Source of the DNA: a virus
Virus record (IMG/VR): IMGVR_UViG_3300013005_003552
Location: 64,001-128,000 of that record
Reading direction: 5' to 3' (one strand)
Length of the DNA stretch: 64,000 nt
The notes under the pieces are model-generated. The model made no database searches. It had not been told where the DNA came from and saw nothing but the letters and a program-made list of their open reading frames with translations. The translations under genes were made by a program, and so were the position numbers. Of the stretch, positions 30,739 to 40,567 are shown in pieces (positions within the stretch are counted from its first letter, which is position 1; the number at the start of each line of letters is the position of its first letter).

Positions 30739-30953
30739 GGGTAACTCTCCTGTGATTGATGTTGTAGAGTTTGTCATATTAGCAAGTTAGACTTGCTACA
30801 CAAGTCTACACAAATATTTACGGACATTCTCTTCACTGGATAAGTGTACTGTTTCTTTTGATAAAATAAAGCTAAGTATTAGGCTACCACTGATTTTTTG
30901 GTAGATCCAACAACACCTGCGTTCGTTGATAAATACCCGTAGAGGGCTTTATC

Positions 30954-31706
30954 ATGACACCTAACAGCAAGTATCATATCATAGTTTGTGCACCGCCAGG
31001 CGGACTGGCAAAACAATTAAGTCTGTTGATTGATTACGCAATAAATCGCGCATCCGAAACACCAGACTGGGCTGTTCCGGTGTTGCCAGACTACGCAGAT
31101 AAACAGGATATTTTATTTGCCCAGTCTGTACTGGATGTTAAACAATTACTTGGTTTATTGCATGCAGAATCTGACATACCAGTTAGATTTTCCAGTTTGC
31201 CAGCAGAGACCATTAGACAACAATACAGTAATTGCAAAATCATACAGGTAGTTTGCGACAGACAAGACTACTTGCAAATGGCCTGGAATCATGTGTACGA
31301 AGATCAATTCAAAAGTATGGGGCATTTGTTTGTAGATGATTATTTCATCAACTTTGTAAAAAATGCTCATAATGATCCAGATTTAGACTTCATTGAGCTA
31401 CTAAAAGACCCCCAAAGTTACTCAGATCCTAGACTTACTTTATTACTGAACCTGTTGAGTAGAGGACACAACATATGGCCCTATGCCATCAGTTATTATC
31501 ATAATGAAGTGTTTGAAACAGCAAGCCAATCATTCTTACCAATCAGTTTCAAAGAGCTGTGCATTCCAGAACATGGCAACACTGATGATGCCATTGTTAA
31601 AGTTATAAATTTCCTAGGCAATGAAGTTTTACGCAACAATGAAGTTGTAACCAACAGCTGGCGCCAATTGATGAAGCGTTTGAGCAGCATCGAAAAAACA
31701 AAATAA
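30954..31706 (+). CDS. Hypothetical protein, possible P-loop/sulfotransferase-like fold
   Basis: ATAAATA at 30929-35. N-terminal IIVCAPPGGLAKQL and C-terminal ISFKEL...VINFLG loosely resemble sulfotransferase-like proteins. Confidence 0.55.
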   Translation: MTPNSKYHIIVCAPPGGLAKQLSLLIDYAINRASETPDWAVPVLPDYADKQDILFAQSVLDVKQLLGLLHAESDIPVRFSSLPAETIRQQYSNCKIIQVVCDRQDYLQMAWNHVYEDQFKSMGHLFVDDYFINFVKNAHNDPDLDFIELLKDPQSYSDPRLTLLLNLLSRGHNIWPYAISYYHNEVFETASQSFLPISFKELCIPEHGNTDDAIVKVINFLGNEVLRNNEVVTNSWRQLMKRLSSIEKTK

Positions 31707-31725
31707 ATATACTACGGAGATAAAA

Positions 31726-32274
31726 ATGCCAGCTTCACTCAAGGACATCATTGAAAATACCAAGGACATCTATATGACAGATAGTGCCCTTAATATCTTG
31801 CTGGACTTTGAGCGTGTGCTTGATGAATTAGATTTATATGCATTCCGCAACTGGAAAAAAGGCGAGTTGGTAGAAGGTCCCACTATTGAAAAATATTTTG
31901 TAACTTGCATTTTTATGTGGCCTTACAAACTCATGCCAGATCCTCGCGGTGCAGAGCGATTGACAGAATATGATATTGAAATCCGTTACAAGCGTGAGAG
32001 ATTAGAATCTCCTCGCCGAGTAAAAAGCCCAGACGACTACGAACCAGGGACCAAATATCCACGCATGGATAGCAAACCAATTTGGTTAGTTGAAATGGTC
32101 ATGCCCAAGAGCCTGATTACAGAAATAAATCAAGGCAGTTTAGAACTAGAAGATGATGTGATTGACATGCAGGACGTTGATCAGGCCTACGAAGCAGGTA
32201 CCGACGATGATGTAAATCGTACAGAAGAAAATCAGAGCAGTGCAGAACAACCTGCCACTGGAGGACAAGTATGA
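31726..32274 (+). CDS. Hypothetical late protein
   Basis: ATAAATA 31703-09 and GGAG RBS. LLDFERVLDELDLYAFRNW...MPDPRG. Confidence 0.7.
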   Translation: MPASLKDIIENTKDIYMTDSALNILLDFERVLDELDLYAFRNWKKGELVEGPTIEKYFVTCIFMWPYKLMPDPRGAERLTEYDIEIRYKRERLESPRRVKSPDDYEPGTKYPRMDSKPIWLVEMVMPKSLITEINQGSLELEDDVIDMQDVDQAYEAGTDDDVNRTEENQSSAEQPATGGQV

Positions 32275-32801
32275 GTCTTGAATACGGCGATCTAAAACGA
32301 CTGGTACACGACGAGCTACACATTGACGAGTTTTCAAGCAAACTAGGCGACAACAAAGATGTGGTAGTAGTGAGCCTTAAGGTAGCAGGTAAAGAACCAT
32401 GTCAAGATATCTGTGCGTTTGTAGAAAAAGGTTATGACTGGGTGCTTGACGCAGATGTAAGTCCAGGCGAGTTGGAAGACGGCGCCCATGTAGTGTTTAT
32501 AGAATTGCCCAGAGACAACAACTGCGTGAAGCATATCTTAGAATTCATGACCGATCTTATGAATCTCACTGAACAAAAGTTAGAGGACTATAGAGTGAAA
32601 TACCGTCATCAATCAATAGAGTATCCTCTAGAATTAGAAACACTTGAAAGAGTTATTCCATGCAGTGCTAAAGAATACAAACGCATGTATAGCAAGCAAG
32701 AAATTGACCAATTAAAAACTGCCGCTGGTATCGATGTCGACACCAAGGCACCTAAGAACGATTTTACCGAAAGCCTGCGAGTAGCAGCAGGCATACTTTA
32801 A
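32271..32801 (+). CDS. Hypothetical protein
   Basis: GGAGG RBS and ATGA overlap. Confidence 0.7.
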   Translation: MSLEYGDLKRLVHDELHIDEFSSKLGDNKDVVVVSLKVAGKEPCQDICAFVEKGYDWVLDADVSPGELEDGAHVVFIELPRDNNCVKHILEFMTDLMNLTEQKLEDYRVKYRHQSIEYPLELETLERVIPCSAKEYKRMYSKQEIDQLKTAAGIDVDTKAPKNDFTESLRVAAGIL

Positions 32802-32810
32802 GGAGCAATT

Positions 32811-33440
32811 ATGAGTTTCAAATTTGAATTCACTGAAGCAAAACTTAGACAGATACTGGTTGGAGCCCCACATGTGGATCAATGGTTCTTGGCCATTCAG
32901 GCCATTCTACCTGACTATGAAATTGACACGCCCGAGCGTGTGGCATGCTGGATAGGGCAGACTGCCCACGAAAGCGGCAACTATAGATTCCTGAGAGAAA
33001 ATCTAAACTATTCAGCAGAAGGCTTGAACAAAATATTTAAGAAGTATTTCCCCACAGTAGAAAGTGCCAAGCCTTATGCTCGCAATCCAGAAAAGATTGC
33101 CAATAGAGTTTATGCTAGCCGCATGGGCAACGGTGATGAGCGATCAGGCGACGGGTGGAAATACCGTGGCCGTGGATTGATTCAACTCACTGGCAAAGAC
33201 AACTACGAAAACTTTGCAATGAGTATTGAAGAAACAGTTGAAGAAACTGTCAAGTTCCTGGAAACATATGAAGGCTCTGTGCAAAGCGCCTGCTGGTTCT
33301 GGGAAGCAAACAACCTCAACAACCAAGCTGACAAGATGGATGTGAAACTGTTGACTAGAAAAATCAACGGCGGTTTCATTGGACTTGAAGATCGTATCAA
33401 ACACATCACCCATGCCATGCATGTGCTGAAAGGGCACTAA
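32811..33440 (+). CDS. Glycoside hydrolase family 19 endolysin
   Basis: QTAHESG, ENLNYS, IANRVYASRMGNG, YRGRGLIQLTGKDNY, SACWFW, KINGG. Confidence 0.92.
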   Translation: MSFKFEFTEAKLRQILVGAPHVDQWFLAIQAILPDYEIDTPERVACWIGQTAHESGNYRFLRENLNYSAEGLNKIFKKYFPTVESAKPYARNPEKIANRVYASRMGNGDERSGDGWKYRGRGLIQLTGKDNYENFAMSIEETVEETVKFLETYEGSVQSACWFWEANNLNNQADKMDVKLLTRKINGGFIGLEDRIKHITHAMHVLKGH

Positions 33441-33442
33441 TC

Positions 33443-33976
33443 ATGAGCTGGTCAGCCATAAGTTGGATGGTCAACTGGTTACCAGATAGTCTGCTCATGT
33501 TGGTTTTTTACGGCTGTTTCTTTCTAGGCATTGCTCTAATATTGATCAGCTGGTTTGTAAGTTTCATTCCATTCATTAATCAATATCGCTTTCCTACTCA
33601 AGTGGTTGGTATTCTAGCCTATGGTCTAGGTGCTTTCATGATTGGTGGTCTGGGCACAGAACTAGGCTGGCGCGAGCGTGTGGCTGAACTGGAGAAAAAG
33701 GTAGCCGAAGCTGAAGTAAAATCTCAACAGGTCAACACTGTGATTCAAACCAAGATAGTGGAAAAAGTCAAGGTCGTCAAAGAAAAAGGCCAGCAACAGA
33801 TAGAGTACATTGATCGTGTGGTCAAAGGCGACACAACAGAAATCATCAAAGACATGAGCGATGAAGAACGCCAAAAGTTCTTGGTCAAACAAAAGGAATT
33901 GGAAGATTCTATCAAGAATTTCTCAGTTCCGCAAATTATAGTGGAAGAACTCAATAAGGCCGCTGAATCAAAATGA
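33443..33976 (+). CDS. Probable inner-membrane spanin (Rz-like)
   Basis: N-terminal TM helices then a coiled coil. Follows the endolysin and precedes a lipoprotein. Confidence 0.65.
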   Translation: MSWSAISWMVNWLPDSLLMLVFYGCFFLGIALILISWFVSFIPFINQYRFPTQVVGILAYGLGAFMIGGLGTELGWRERVAELEKKVAEAEVKSQQVNTVIQTKIVEKVKVVKEKGQQQIEYIDRVVKGDTTEIIKDMSDEERQKFLVKQKELEDSIKNFSVPQIIVEELNKAAESK

Positions 33977-34239
33977 AAACATATTCAATCGTATTTGCCA
34001 TGTTGCTCACAGGATGTTCCACCACAGTGCCTGTGGTAATGAAATTTCCTGATATTCCCCCTTCGTTAGATCAAAGCTGTGTCACCTTGGACAAAATCCA
34101 AGGTGAAAAAGTCAGCATAGTTGATTTACACAAAACTGTACTAGACAATTATACCAAATATCACGAGTGTTCAATCAAGGTCGAAGGTTGGTTAGAGTGG
34201 TATACCACCCAGAAAAAAATATATGAAAGTTTGAAATGA
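33973..34239 (+). CDS. Probable outer-membrane spanin lipoprotein (Rz1-like)
   Basis: Signal peptide with lipobox LLTGC, Pro-rich segment and NYTKYHEC. Confidence 0.7.
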   Translation: MKTYSIVFAMLLTGCSTTVPVVMKFPDIPPSLDQSCVTLDKIQGEKVSIVDLHKTVLDNYTKYHECSIKVEGWLEWYTTQKKIYESLK

Positions 34240-34640
34240 AAAAAGTTCTTGCTGTGATATTGTTGACCAGTGCGTTATCAGGCTGTGCTGTTTGGGATGC
34301 CTATTTCATGGCCAAGTTTGATGTCAATGAATACCAATACATAACTCGGATACGCACACATGCTCAGCTGGGGATACCAAAATGTGGAACAGATGCTGTG
34401 GTTGAACATGTGAAGTACATTCATGTGGTGTCTCAAGAGTACAAGAACTATGCAGAAATGATTCCACGCAATGAAAACAGTTTTCAATTGGCCGACACCT
34501 TGACAACAATTACTGATGAGTTTTATAAAAGATATCAAGGCGACAAACCGCCCAGTACTGTTTACTGCAAGGCAAAATTTGCAGCCATTGAACGCAGTGC
34601 AGAAAACATACAAAAAGTAATAGGAGCCAAGCCAAGATGA
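34236..34640 (+). CDS. Hypothetical lipoprotein
   Basis: MKKVLAVILLTSALSGC lipobox. Confidence 0.7.
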   Translation: MKKVLAVILLTSALSGCAVWDAYFMAKFDVNEYQYITRIRTHAQLGIPKCGTDAVVEHVKYIHVVSQEYKNYAEMIPRNENSFQLADTLTTITDEFYKRYQGDKPPSTVYCKAKFAAIERSAENIQKVIGAKPR

Positions 34641-34900
34641 AAGCACAAGACATACTAGACAGTGTGCATGGTACTGAAACACAGGATCCTCGTATGGCGC
34701 AGGCTGCTGCCATGCTATCCGAGTATACCATGGAGTTTCAAGCAGGTAGAATGAGCAGCGACGAGTATCAAGAATTGGTCGCTGACCTGCAGGTAGAAAA
34801 CTTGATCAATGCACAATGCGACGATCTGGCTGCCAAAGAAAGATTAAATAGTATTTGTTCAGCTGTGCTAAATGCAGCCAGCTTACTATCCAGCGTATAA
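34637..34900 (+). CDS. Hypothetical protein
   Basis: AGGAG RBS and ATGA overlap. Confidence 0.6.
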   Translation: MKAQDILDSVHGTETQDPRMAQAAAMLSEYTMEFQAGRMSSDEYQELVADLQVENLINAQCDDLAAKERLNSICSAVLNAASLLSSV

Positions 34901-34912
34901 GGTAAAATAATT

Positions 34913-35167
34913 ATGATTACATCATCTCACAAAGACAACCTAGACATGTACCACAACATGGGCGGGTGGTTAGGCGACATTGGATTCAAGGCAAAGAATC
35001 TTGTACGCCTGTTTGAAAGCAAAGAAATGCCAGAACCGGCACTTACTCACATGTTCACAGAAATGATGAAAATGACCAGCGTGAATGCCACACCAGACGA
35101 AATTCTAAAGAAGGATGATCTCAATGGTGTGTTGTCTGCTATTATTGCAGAAGCACAAACAGTTTAA
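34913..35167 (+). CDS. Hypothetical protein
   Basis: TAAGG RBS. Fills the gap. Confidence 0.55.
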   Translation: MITSSHKDNLDMYHNMGGWLGDIGFKAKNLVRLFESKEMPEPALTHMFTEMMKMTSVNATPDEILKKDDLNGVLSAIIAEAQTV

Positions 35168-35178
35168 GGAGTTTAACA

Positions 35179-35742
35179 ATGGCAATACAAGATTCTATTC
35201 TCAAATTAATTAACAAAGAACCCAAAGACGACAATGCCCCAAAGCCAGCTCCGGGCAGTCGCAGCGAGCGCGAGGCAAAAATCAAAGACAAAGCAGGTAT
35301 GGTTATTTCTGTATTTGCTTTATTTCTGGCAGTGAATTCCTGGTATGGTGGTAAGTTAAGTTCAACAGTGCTTAACAATACCCTGGGAGCCAACAACACC
35401 TGGGCCCAGTATCAAGCCAAAGCAAGTCGCGGTGTCAGCTACGAAATCGCTGCCAAAACAACTAGTGATCCAAAAATCAAAGCACAGTTCATGGCAGAGA
35501 AAGAGCGCATGGATGCTGACAAGAAAGAAATTGCTGTCAAAGCAAGAGAAATGGAAGCGGCTCGTGAAGAAGCCAAGAAGTCTAGTCCATGGATAGGATA
35601 CGCATCAACTGCATACCAGCTGGCTATTGTGGTGTTGTCTGCTAGCATTTTGGCTGTGAGCACGCCCATGTTCTGGGGCAGTTTTGTAGTGGCCGCAGCT
35701 GGGTTGGCTCTAAGTGCCCAGGGTGTATTTTTATTTCTATAA
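35179..35742 (+). CDS. DUF4337-like membrane protein
   Basis: TM helix, ANNTWAQYQAK, coiled coil, then YQLAIVVLSASILA and further TM helices. Confidence 0.7.
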   Translation: MAIQDSILKLINKEPKDDNAPKPAPGSRSEREAKIKDKAGMVISVFALFLAVNSWYGGKLSSTVLNNTLGANNTWAQYQAKASRGVSYEIAAKTTSDPKIKAQFMAEKERMDADKKEIAVKAREMEAAREEAKKSSPWIGYASTAYQLAIVVLSASILAVSTPMFWGSFVVAAAGLALSAQGVFLFL

Positions 35743-35754
35743 CGGAGGAGTATC

Positions 35755-35871
35755 ATGCTTGAAACATTATTTTGGTTAGCTATTGGTGCATTCATTGGGT
35801 GGAATTTTCCTCAGCCCGAATTTGCCAAAACCATACAGACAAAAATTTTAGCAGCATTCAAGAAAACATAA
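35755..35871 (+). CDS. 38-aa membrane peptide (not in ORF track)
   Basis: GGAGGAG RBS. MLETLFWLAIGAFIGWNFPQPEFAKTIQTKILAAFKKT. Confidence 0.65.
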   Translation: MLETLFWLAIGAFIGWNFPQPEFAKTIQTKILAAFKKT

Positions 35872-35884
35872 AGGAGCAATCAAA

Positions 35885-36373
35885 ATGGCAGCATTTGGAA
35901 AAACGCCAATTGGCGATCTAGGCGACACAGGCGATGCAGACGGAAGAATTCCTGCAGGCTTACCTAGCAACAGTTTTGGTGCAGTAACTCCGGGCTTTGG
36001 TGCATCACCAAGTCCAACACCAGCATCAGTACCACAAGCAGCACCACAGGGTCATGCACCAGACCGCACAGCCAGTGCAGCCGCGGCAGTGGCCGGCGGC
36101 GCAGAAAGCACCGTGGCCAACACCAACACAGATTGGATCAATAACAAGTGGCGTCCAGCAATGGGTTGGTTGTACATGCTTACCTGTTTCTTTGACTTTG
36201 TTATCTTTCCAATTCTTTGGAGTATTTTGCAAACACTACAAGGCGGGCAGGTTACAAGTCAATGGCAACCACTGACACTACAAGGCGCAGGCCTGTATCA
36301 TATTGCCATGGGTGCTGTGCTTGGTATTGCCGCATACGGTCGTACCAAAGAAAAACTCGGCGACAAGCAGTAG
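35885..36373 (+). CDS. Holin of the 3TM (gene-transfer-agent release) family
   Basis: WINNKWRPAMGWLY...FDFVIFP...MGAVLGIAAYGRTKEK, with a long low-complexity N-terminus. Confidence 0.75.
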   Translation: MAAFGKTPIGDLGDTGDADGRIPAGLPSNSFGAVTPGFGASPSPTPASVPQAAPQGHAPDRTASAAAAVAGGAESTVANTNTDWINNKWRPAMGWLYMLTCFFDFVIFPILWSILQTLQGGQVTSQWQPLTLQGAGLYHIAMGAVLGIAAYGRTKEKLGDKQ

Positions 36374-36430
36374 TCAAATAAGTAATTGCATAAACAAGTC
36401 AGCGGAAATTGCCTAACAAGGGATTTCCGC

Positions 36431-36459
36431 TTGACACATGGTTAATTAACGTGTAAACT
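36431..36459 (+). promoter_or_regulatory. sigma70-type promoter of dnaJ
   Basis: TTGACA (36431-36), 17 nt, TAAACT (36454-59). Confidence 0.75.
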
Positions 36460-36465
36460 ATGCGC

Positions 36466-37302
36466 ATGGACTACTATTCAATACTGGGTGTTCCCCGAGG
36501 GGCATCTGACGAAGATATCAAAAAGGCTTATCGCAAACTAGCGATGAAGCACCATCCGGATCGCGGCGGCGATCAAAATCAATTTCAAAAAATTCAAGAA
36601 GCGTATGCTACTCTAGGCGACTCACAGAAACGCCAGGAATATGATAACCCGCAACCGCAGCATCAAGGATTTCATTTCCATTTTGGTCAAGGAAACCCCC
36701 TTGATGAAATTTTTGCTTCGTTTGGGTTTGGTGGCGCCGGCGGCCCAGATCCATTTGCTCATATGCGGCAACAGCATCGAAAAAATAAAGATTTAAGAAT
36801 TCAAATTGAACTAGAGCTAGAAAGCACACTAAGCGAACAAACCAAAACTATCAGTGTACAAACTACCACCGGCGAAAGACAAACTGTTGAAGTAAAAATA
36901 CCGCGTGGCATAGCAACAGGACATCAAATGCGTTATGCCGGCTTAGGCGATAACATGTTTGCTACTATCCCAAGAGGCGACTTGTATATAAATTTTTTGG
37001 TCAGAGAGGATGTTAGATTTCAACTTGAAGGCATTGATCTTGTGTACAAGGTCAATGTAAACTGTTTAGATGCAATGACTGGTACAGATATAGATGTTCC
37101 TAACATTGAAAACAAAGTGTTTAGACTTTCTATACCAGCCGGTGCTAAACATGGTGCAAGACTAAGACTGCCAAATCAAGGCTTGTATGACATCAACACC
37201 ATGCGTCGTGGTAATCTGATTGTAGAAATCGCTCTGACTGTGCCGGTGATTACAAATCCACAAGCAGTTGACCTGATTGAACAATTAAAGCAAGTTTTAT
37301 AA
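36466..37302 (+). CDS. dnaJ: DnaJ/CbpA-type co-chaperone (no zinc finger)
   Basis: MDYYSILGV...[19 protein letters not shown]-domain, G/F region and C-terminal domain. No CxxCxGxG repeats. Confidence 0.9.
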   Translation: MDYYSILGVPRGASDEDIKKAYRKLAMKHHPDRGGDQNQFQKIQEAYATLGDSQKRQEYDNPQPQHQGFHFHFGQGNPLDEIFASFGFGGAGGPDPFAHMRQQHRKNKDLRIQIELELESTLSEQTKTISVQTTTGERQTVEVKIPRGIATGHQMRYAGLGDNMFATIPRGDLYINFLVREDVRFQLEGIDLVYKVNVNCLDAMTGTDIDVPNIENKVFRLSIPAGAKHGARLRLPNQGLYDINTMRRGNLIVEIALTVPVITNPQAVDLIEQLKQVL

Positions 37303-37325
37303 ATATCTTTATCTAAAGGCAAAGC

Positions 37326-39626
37326 ATGATACAGGCTAATCCTGAAATTGAACTCATTATTTCTGCTGCTGGCGATAATGCTAAAAGGCACAAACACGAA
37401 TATGTAACCTTGGAGCATCTATTGTATGCCATACTTAATTACCGTCCATTTGGTGATCTTCTCAAGAACTTTGGCACAGATGTTGACGCGATATTAAACG
37501 ATATTGACAGTTACAACAATAGATTTGACAATGGCAATCAAGCCAACGACGAAGATCTGCAACCAAAAAAAACTCATGCGTTAGAGCGTGTGTTTAATCG
37601 TAGTCTAACACAAGTTCTGTTCAGTGGTCGCAATCACATGCAGGTCATGGATTTATTTTTGAGCATCACCGGCGAACAAAACAGTCATGCTGCTTATTTT
37701 ATTATTAAACACGGCATTGACAGAGCCAAGATAATTGAATTCTACAATGAAAACTACAAAGAAGGCAACAGTAGGAAAAATGCCTCTAAGCAACGAGCAA
37801 TCGAAGTACTAAAAGAATACTGCGATGATCTTAACGAATTAGCCACTGAAGGCAAAATTGATCCTGTAATTGGTCGCGAGCACGAGCTCGACGAAATAGC
37901 GCATGTGCTTGCCAAACGAAACAAAAGCAACATTCTCATGGTAGGCGACGCAGGGGTTGGTAAAACAGCTATTGCCGAAGGACTGGCTCGACGCATTGTT
38001 GAAGGAGATGTTCCTGACTATTTGAGAGACTATACTGTTTACAATCTTGACATTGGCAGTTTGCTAGCAGGTAGTAAGTACCGCGGAGAGTTTGAAGAAA
38101 AACTCAAAGATGTAATCAAGGCGCTGAACATTCGTGGCAAAACAATTTTGTTCATTGACGAAGCACATCAAATGCGTGGTGCAGGCTCAGGGTCGGGTAG
38201 CAATGTTGACTTTGCAAACATGATCAAACCTGCATTGACCAAGGGTCGTATCAAAGTGATTGCGTCTACTACTTGGGAAGAATACACTCAAACTTTTGAA
38301 AAAGATCGTGCGCTCATGCGCAGGTTCTATAGACTCACAGTAGACGAACCCACACCGGCTGTGGCCAAAGATATTCTATTTGGCCTCCGTGTTCACTTTG
38401 AAGAATTTCATGGCGGTAATATTTCAGACGATGCAATTGAAAGCGCCGTGGACCTCAGTGTGCGCTATCAAAGTGACAAAAAATTGCCAGACAAAGCAAT
38501 TGATTTGATTGATACTGCTTGTGCCAAAGCCAAGATCTATCAAACAAATTGGACAGTAAATCGTAAAAACATCATTGAATGTTTGAGTAAGTTTACAAAA
38601 ATTCCAGTTGAGCAACTCACCGGCGATGTTGAAGGCGATGGCAGCAACATTCAGAATCTTGAACCAAAAGTAAAGAGCAGACTTTACGGACAAGACAGTG
38701 CAGTTGAAATGGTGCTTGAAAAGATTTATGTAAGTCGTGCAGGACTAAAACCATTGAACAAACCAGTTGGCACATTTTTGTTTACTGGTCCCACAGGCAC
38801 TGGTAAAACTGAGCTTGCCAAGTTGTTGGCTGAGTTTTTAGGCATGAAATTGTTACGCTACGACATGAGCGAGTATCAGGAAAAACACAGTGTGGCCAAA
38901 CTAATTGGCGCACCACCTGGCTATGTTGGATATGATGACAGTAATCTAGGCGGGGGCTTGTTGATCAGTGACATTGAAAAGAATCCCAATGCTATTATTC
39001 TTTTTGACGAAATTGAAAAAGCTCACCCTGATGTCAGCAACATCATGCTCACTGTTATGGATGAAGGCACTGTTACCAGCAGCAATGGCAAAAAAGCAGA
39101 TTGCCGTAATTGCATTGTGATAATGACCAGTAACCTAGGTGCAGCAGACAACGAAAGAAACAATATTGGCTTTGGACGCGACTTGCAAAAGTCAGGTGAA
39201 GACGATAAAGCAGTGAAAAATTACTTTAGGCCAGAGTTTAGAAATAGACTAGATGCAATATGCAAGTTTAACAAGCTAGAAAAGAACAGCATGCGCCTTA
39301 TTGTGAACAAGTTCATCAATGAAATGAATGACTTGTTGATTGACAAAGGCATCAAGGTAAAATTATCTGACTCAGCGATTGAACACATTATTGACCAAGG
39401 CTTTGATCCCAAGATGGGTGCCCGCCCGTTGGGTCGTAAGATTAATGATCTGATAAAGGTTCCGTTAAGTCGTAAAATTCTTTTTGATCGCCTAGGGGCA
39501 AATAACACGGTGTCAGTAGACTATCGTAACGACAAGCTAGAATTTGATATCACCACAACCAATTTGGCAGTAATTCCTTCTATAGACAGCAATGGATACA
39601 TCGTTCTGGACGGCATTAAATCCTAA
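37326..39626 (+). CDS. clpA: ClpA-type AAA+ unfoldase
   Basis: Clp-[11 protein letters not shown], two Walker A motifs ([16 protein letters not shown]), ClpP-docking IGF loop, no ClpB middle domain. TATAAATA at 37298-305. Confidence 0.9.
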   Translation: MIQANPEIELIISAAGDNAKRHKHEYVTLEHLLYAILNYRPFGDLLKNFGTDVDAILNDIDSYNNRFDNGNQANDEDLQPKKTHALERVFNRSLTQVLFSGRNHMQVMDLFLSITGEQNSHAAYFIIKHGIDRAKIIEFYNENYKEGNSRKNASKQRAIEVLKEYCDDLNELATEGKIDPVIGREHELDEIAHVLAKRNKSNILMVGDAGVGKTAIAEGLARRIVEGDVPDYLRDYTVYNLDIGSLLAGSKYRGEFEEKLKDVIKALNIRGKTILFIDEAHQMRGAGSGSGSNVDFANMIKPALTKGRIKVIASTTWEEYTQTFEKDRALMRRFYRLTVDEPTPAVAKDILFGLRVHFEEFHGGNISDDAIESAVDLSVRYQSDKKLPDKAIDLIDTACAKAKIYQTNWTVNRKNIIECLSKFTKIPVEQLTGDVEGDGSNIQNLEPKVKSRLYGQDSAVEMVLEKIYVSRAGLKPLNKPVGTFLFTGPTGTGKTELAKLLAEFLGMKLLRYDMSEYQEKHSVAKLIGAPPGYVGYDDSNLGGGLLISDIEKNPNAIILFDEIEKAHPDVSNIMLTVMDEGTVTSSNGKKADCRNCIVIMTSNLGAADNERNNIGFGRDLQKSGEDDKAVKNYFRPEFRNRLDAICKFNKLEKNSMRLIVNKFINEMNDLLIDKGIKVKLSDSAIEHIIDQGFDPKMGARPLGRKINDLIKVPLSRKILFDRLGANNTVSVDYRNDKLEFDITTTNLAVIPSIDSNGYIVLDGIKS

Positions 39627-40317
39627 TATCCAAATCTTGGATGCTAAGAAACTGCTCCACGGTCAGTACATGTACCGTTTGAGCATGTTGAGCTTTGGCA
39701 GTAGATTACTGCGTGATCTTTCGAGACTAGATTATGAGATTACACATTACAATCAACGAGCCTACAGCTATGGAGGCAGTTGGCGTCAAACTAGACAGTT
39801 AACCGATGAAGATGTTCAACTGTTAAAACTTATTAAGAACATAGTTTATGCAGATGATCTCAGTCACCCTGGCAACTTAAAAGTTAGAATCGAAGACCCG
39901 CATATTCAATTCTACAGCGTTGACGCTGCTGTGCTAAAAGATCTTGCATTGAAGTTAAGACACACAGACAACAGTCATTTTGTAAGTTTCATGTGTCCAG
40001 AATCTGAACAAAATGCAGATCTTCTGAAGCAAGGCTTTGTACTCAAAAAGAAAAAGATTGATTGGCCCTATAGAATTGTTATTCGTGACGGACGGTACAA
40101 TACAGAGTCAAAAACAAACTTAAAAAATTATCTTTTACAACTAGGCGACGAAGTTAAGGCTCCCCGGAATCTTTGGGAACAATTGGAAAAAGGAGGCTGG
40201 ATTTGGGGAGGATACATTTATGTCAAAGACAAACAAATGGCTACCATGTTCAGCATGATAGATGCCAACATGATTGGTCGACTAGAAGAATTTAGAATAA
40301 GCTCTAACACAAAATAA
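39592..40317 (+). CDS. Hypothetical protein
   Basis: 241-aa ORF overlapping the end of clpA. Confidence 0.65.
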   Translation: MDTSFWTALNPNIQILDAKKLLHGQYMYRLSMLSFGSRLLRDLSRLDYEITHYNQRAYSYGGSWRQTRQLTDEDVQLLKLIKNIVYADDLSHPGNLKVRIEDPHIQFYSVDAAVLKDLALKLRHTDNSHFVSFMCPESEQNADLLKQGFVLKKKKIDWPYRIVIRDGRYNTESKTNLKNYLLQLGDEVKAPRNLWEQLEKGGWIWGGYIYVKDKQMATMFSMIDANMIGRLEEFRISSNTK

Positions 40318-40344
40318 ATACATATATTATGTTAGGAGCCCAAA

Positions 40345-40512
40345 ATGGCCACAATCCATGAAGAAATATTAATTATCAAAGTAAGTAAATTGGTTAAGGA
40401 CAACAGCAATACGCCCCAACTGATCACTACTGATACAGCTATCGCATTAGAACAAGTAGCACAAGAACTAGTAGGTGACGGTGTAATTGTTGAAGTTGAA
40501 GAAGCAAAATAA
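40345..40512 (+). CDS. Small hypothetical protein (55 aa, not in ORF track)
   Basis: ATAAATA 40314-20 and AGGAG RBS. MATIHEEILIIKVSKLVKD...ALEQVAQELVGDGVIVEVEEAK. Confidence 0.7.
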   Translation: MATIHEEILIIKVSKLVKDNSNTPQLITTDTAIALEQVAQELVGDGVIVEVEEAK

Positions 40513-40567
40513 AACGGCATCTGCAATGCCAAAGTAAATACAAAACTGTTTTTCAAAGAGGACCTAA

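Noticed and set aside
27571-39626. Bacterial chromosome or prophage origin suggested by dnaK, dnaJ and clpA
   Set aside because: These genes are interspersed with phage lysis, structural and replication genes and share the phage TAAATA motif. There is no grpE/hrcA operon context and no integrase.
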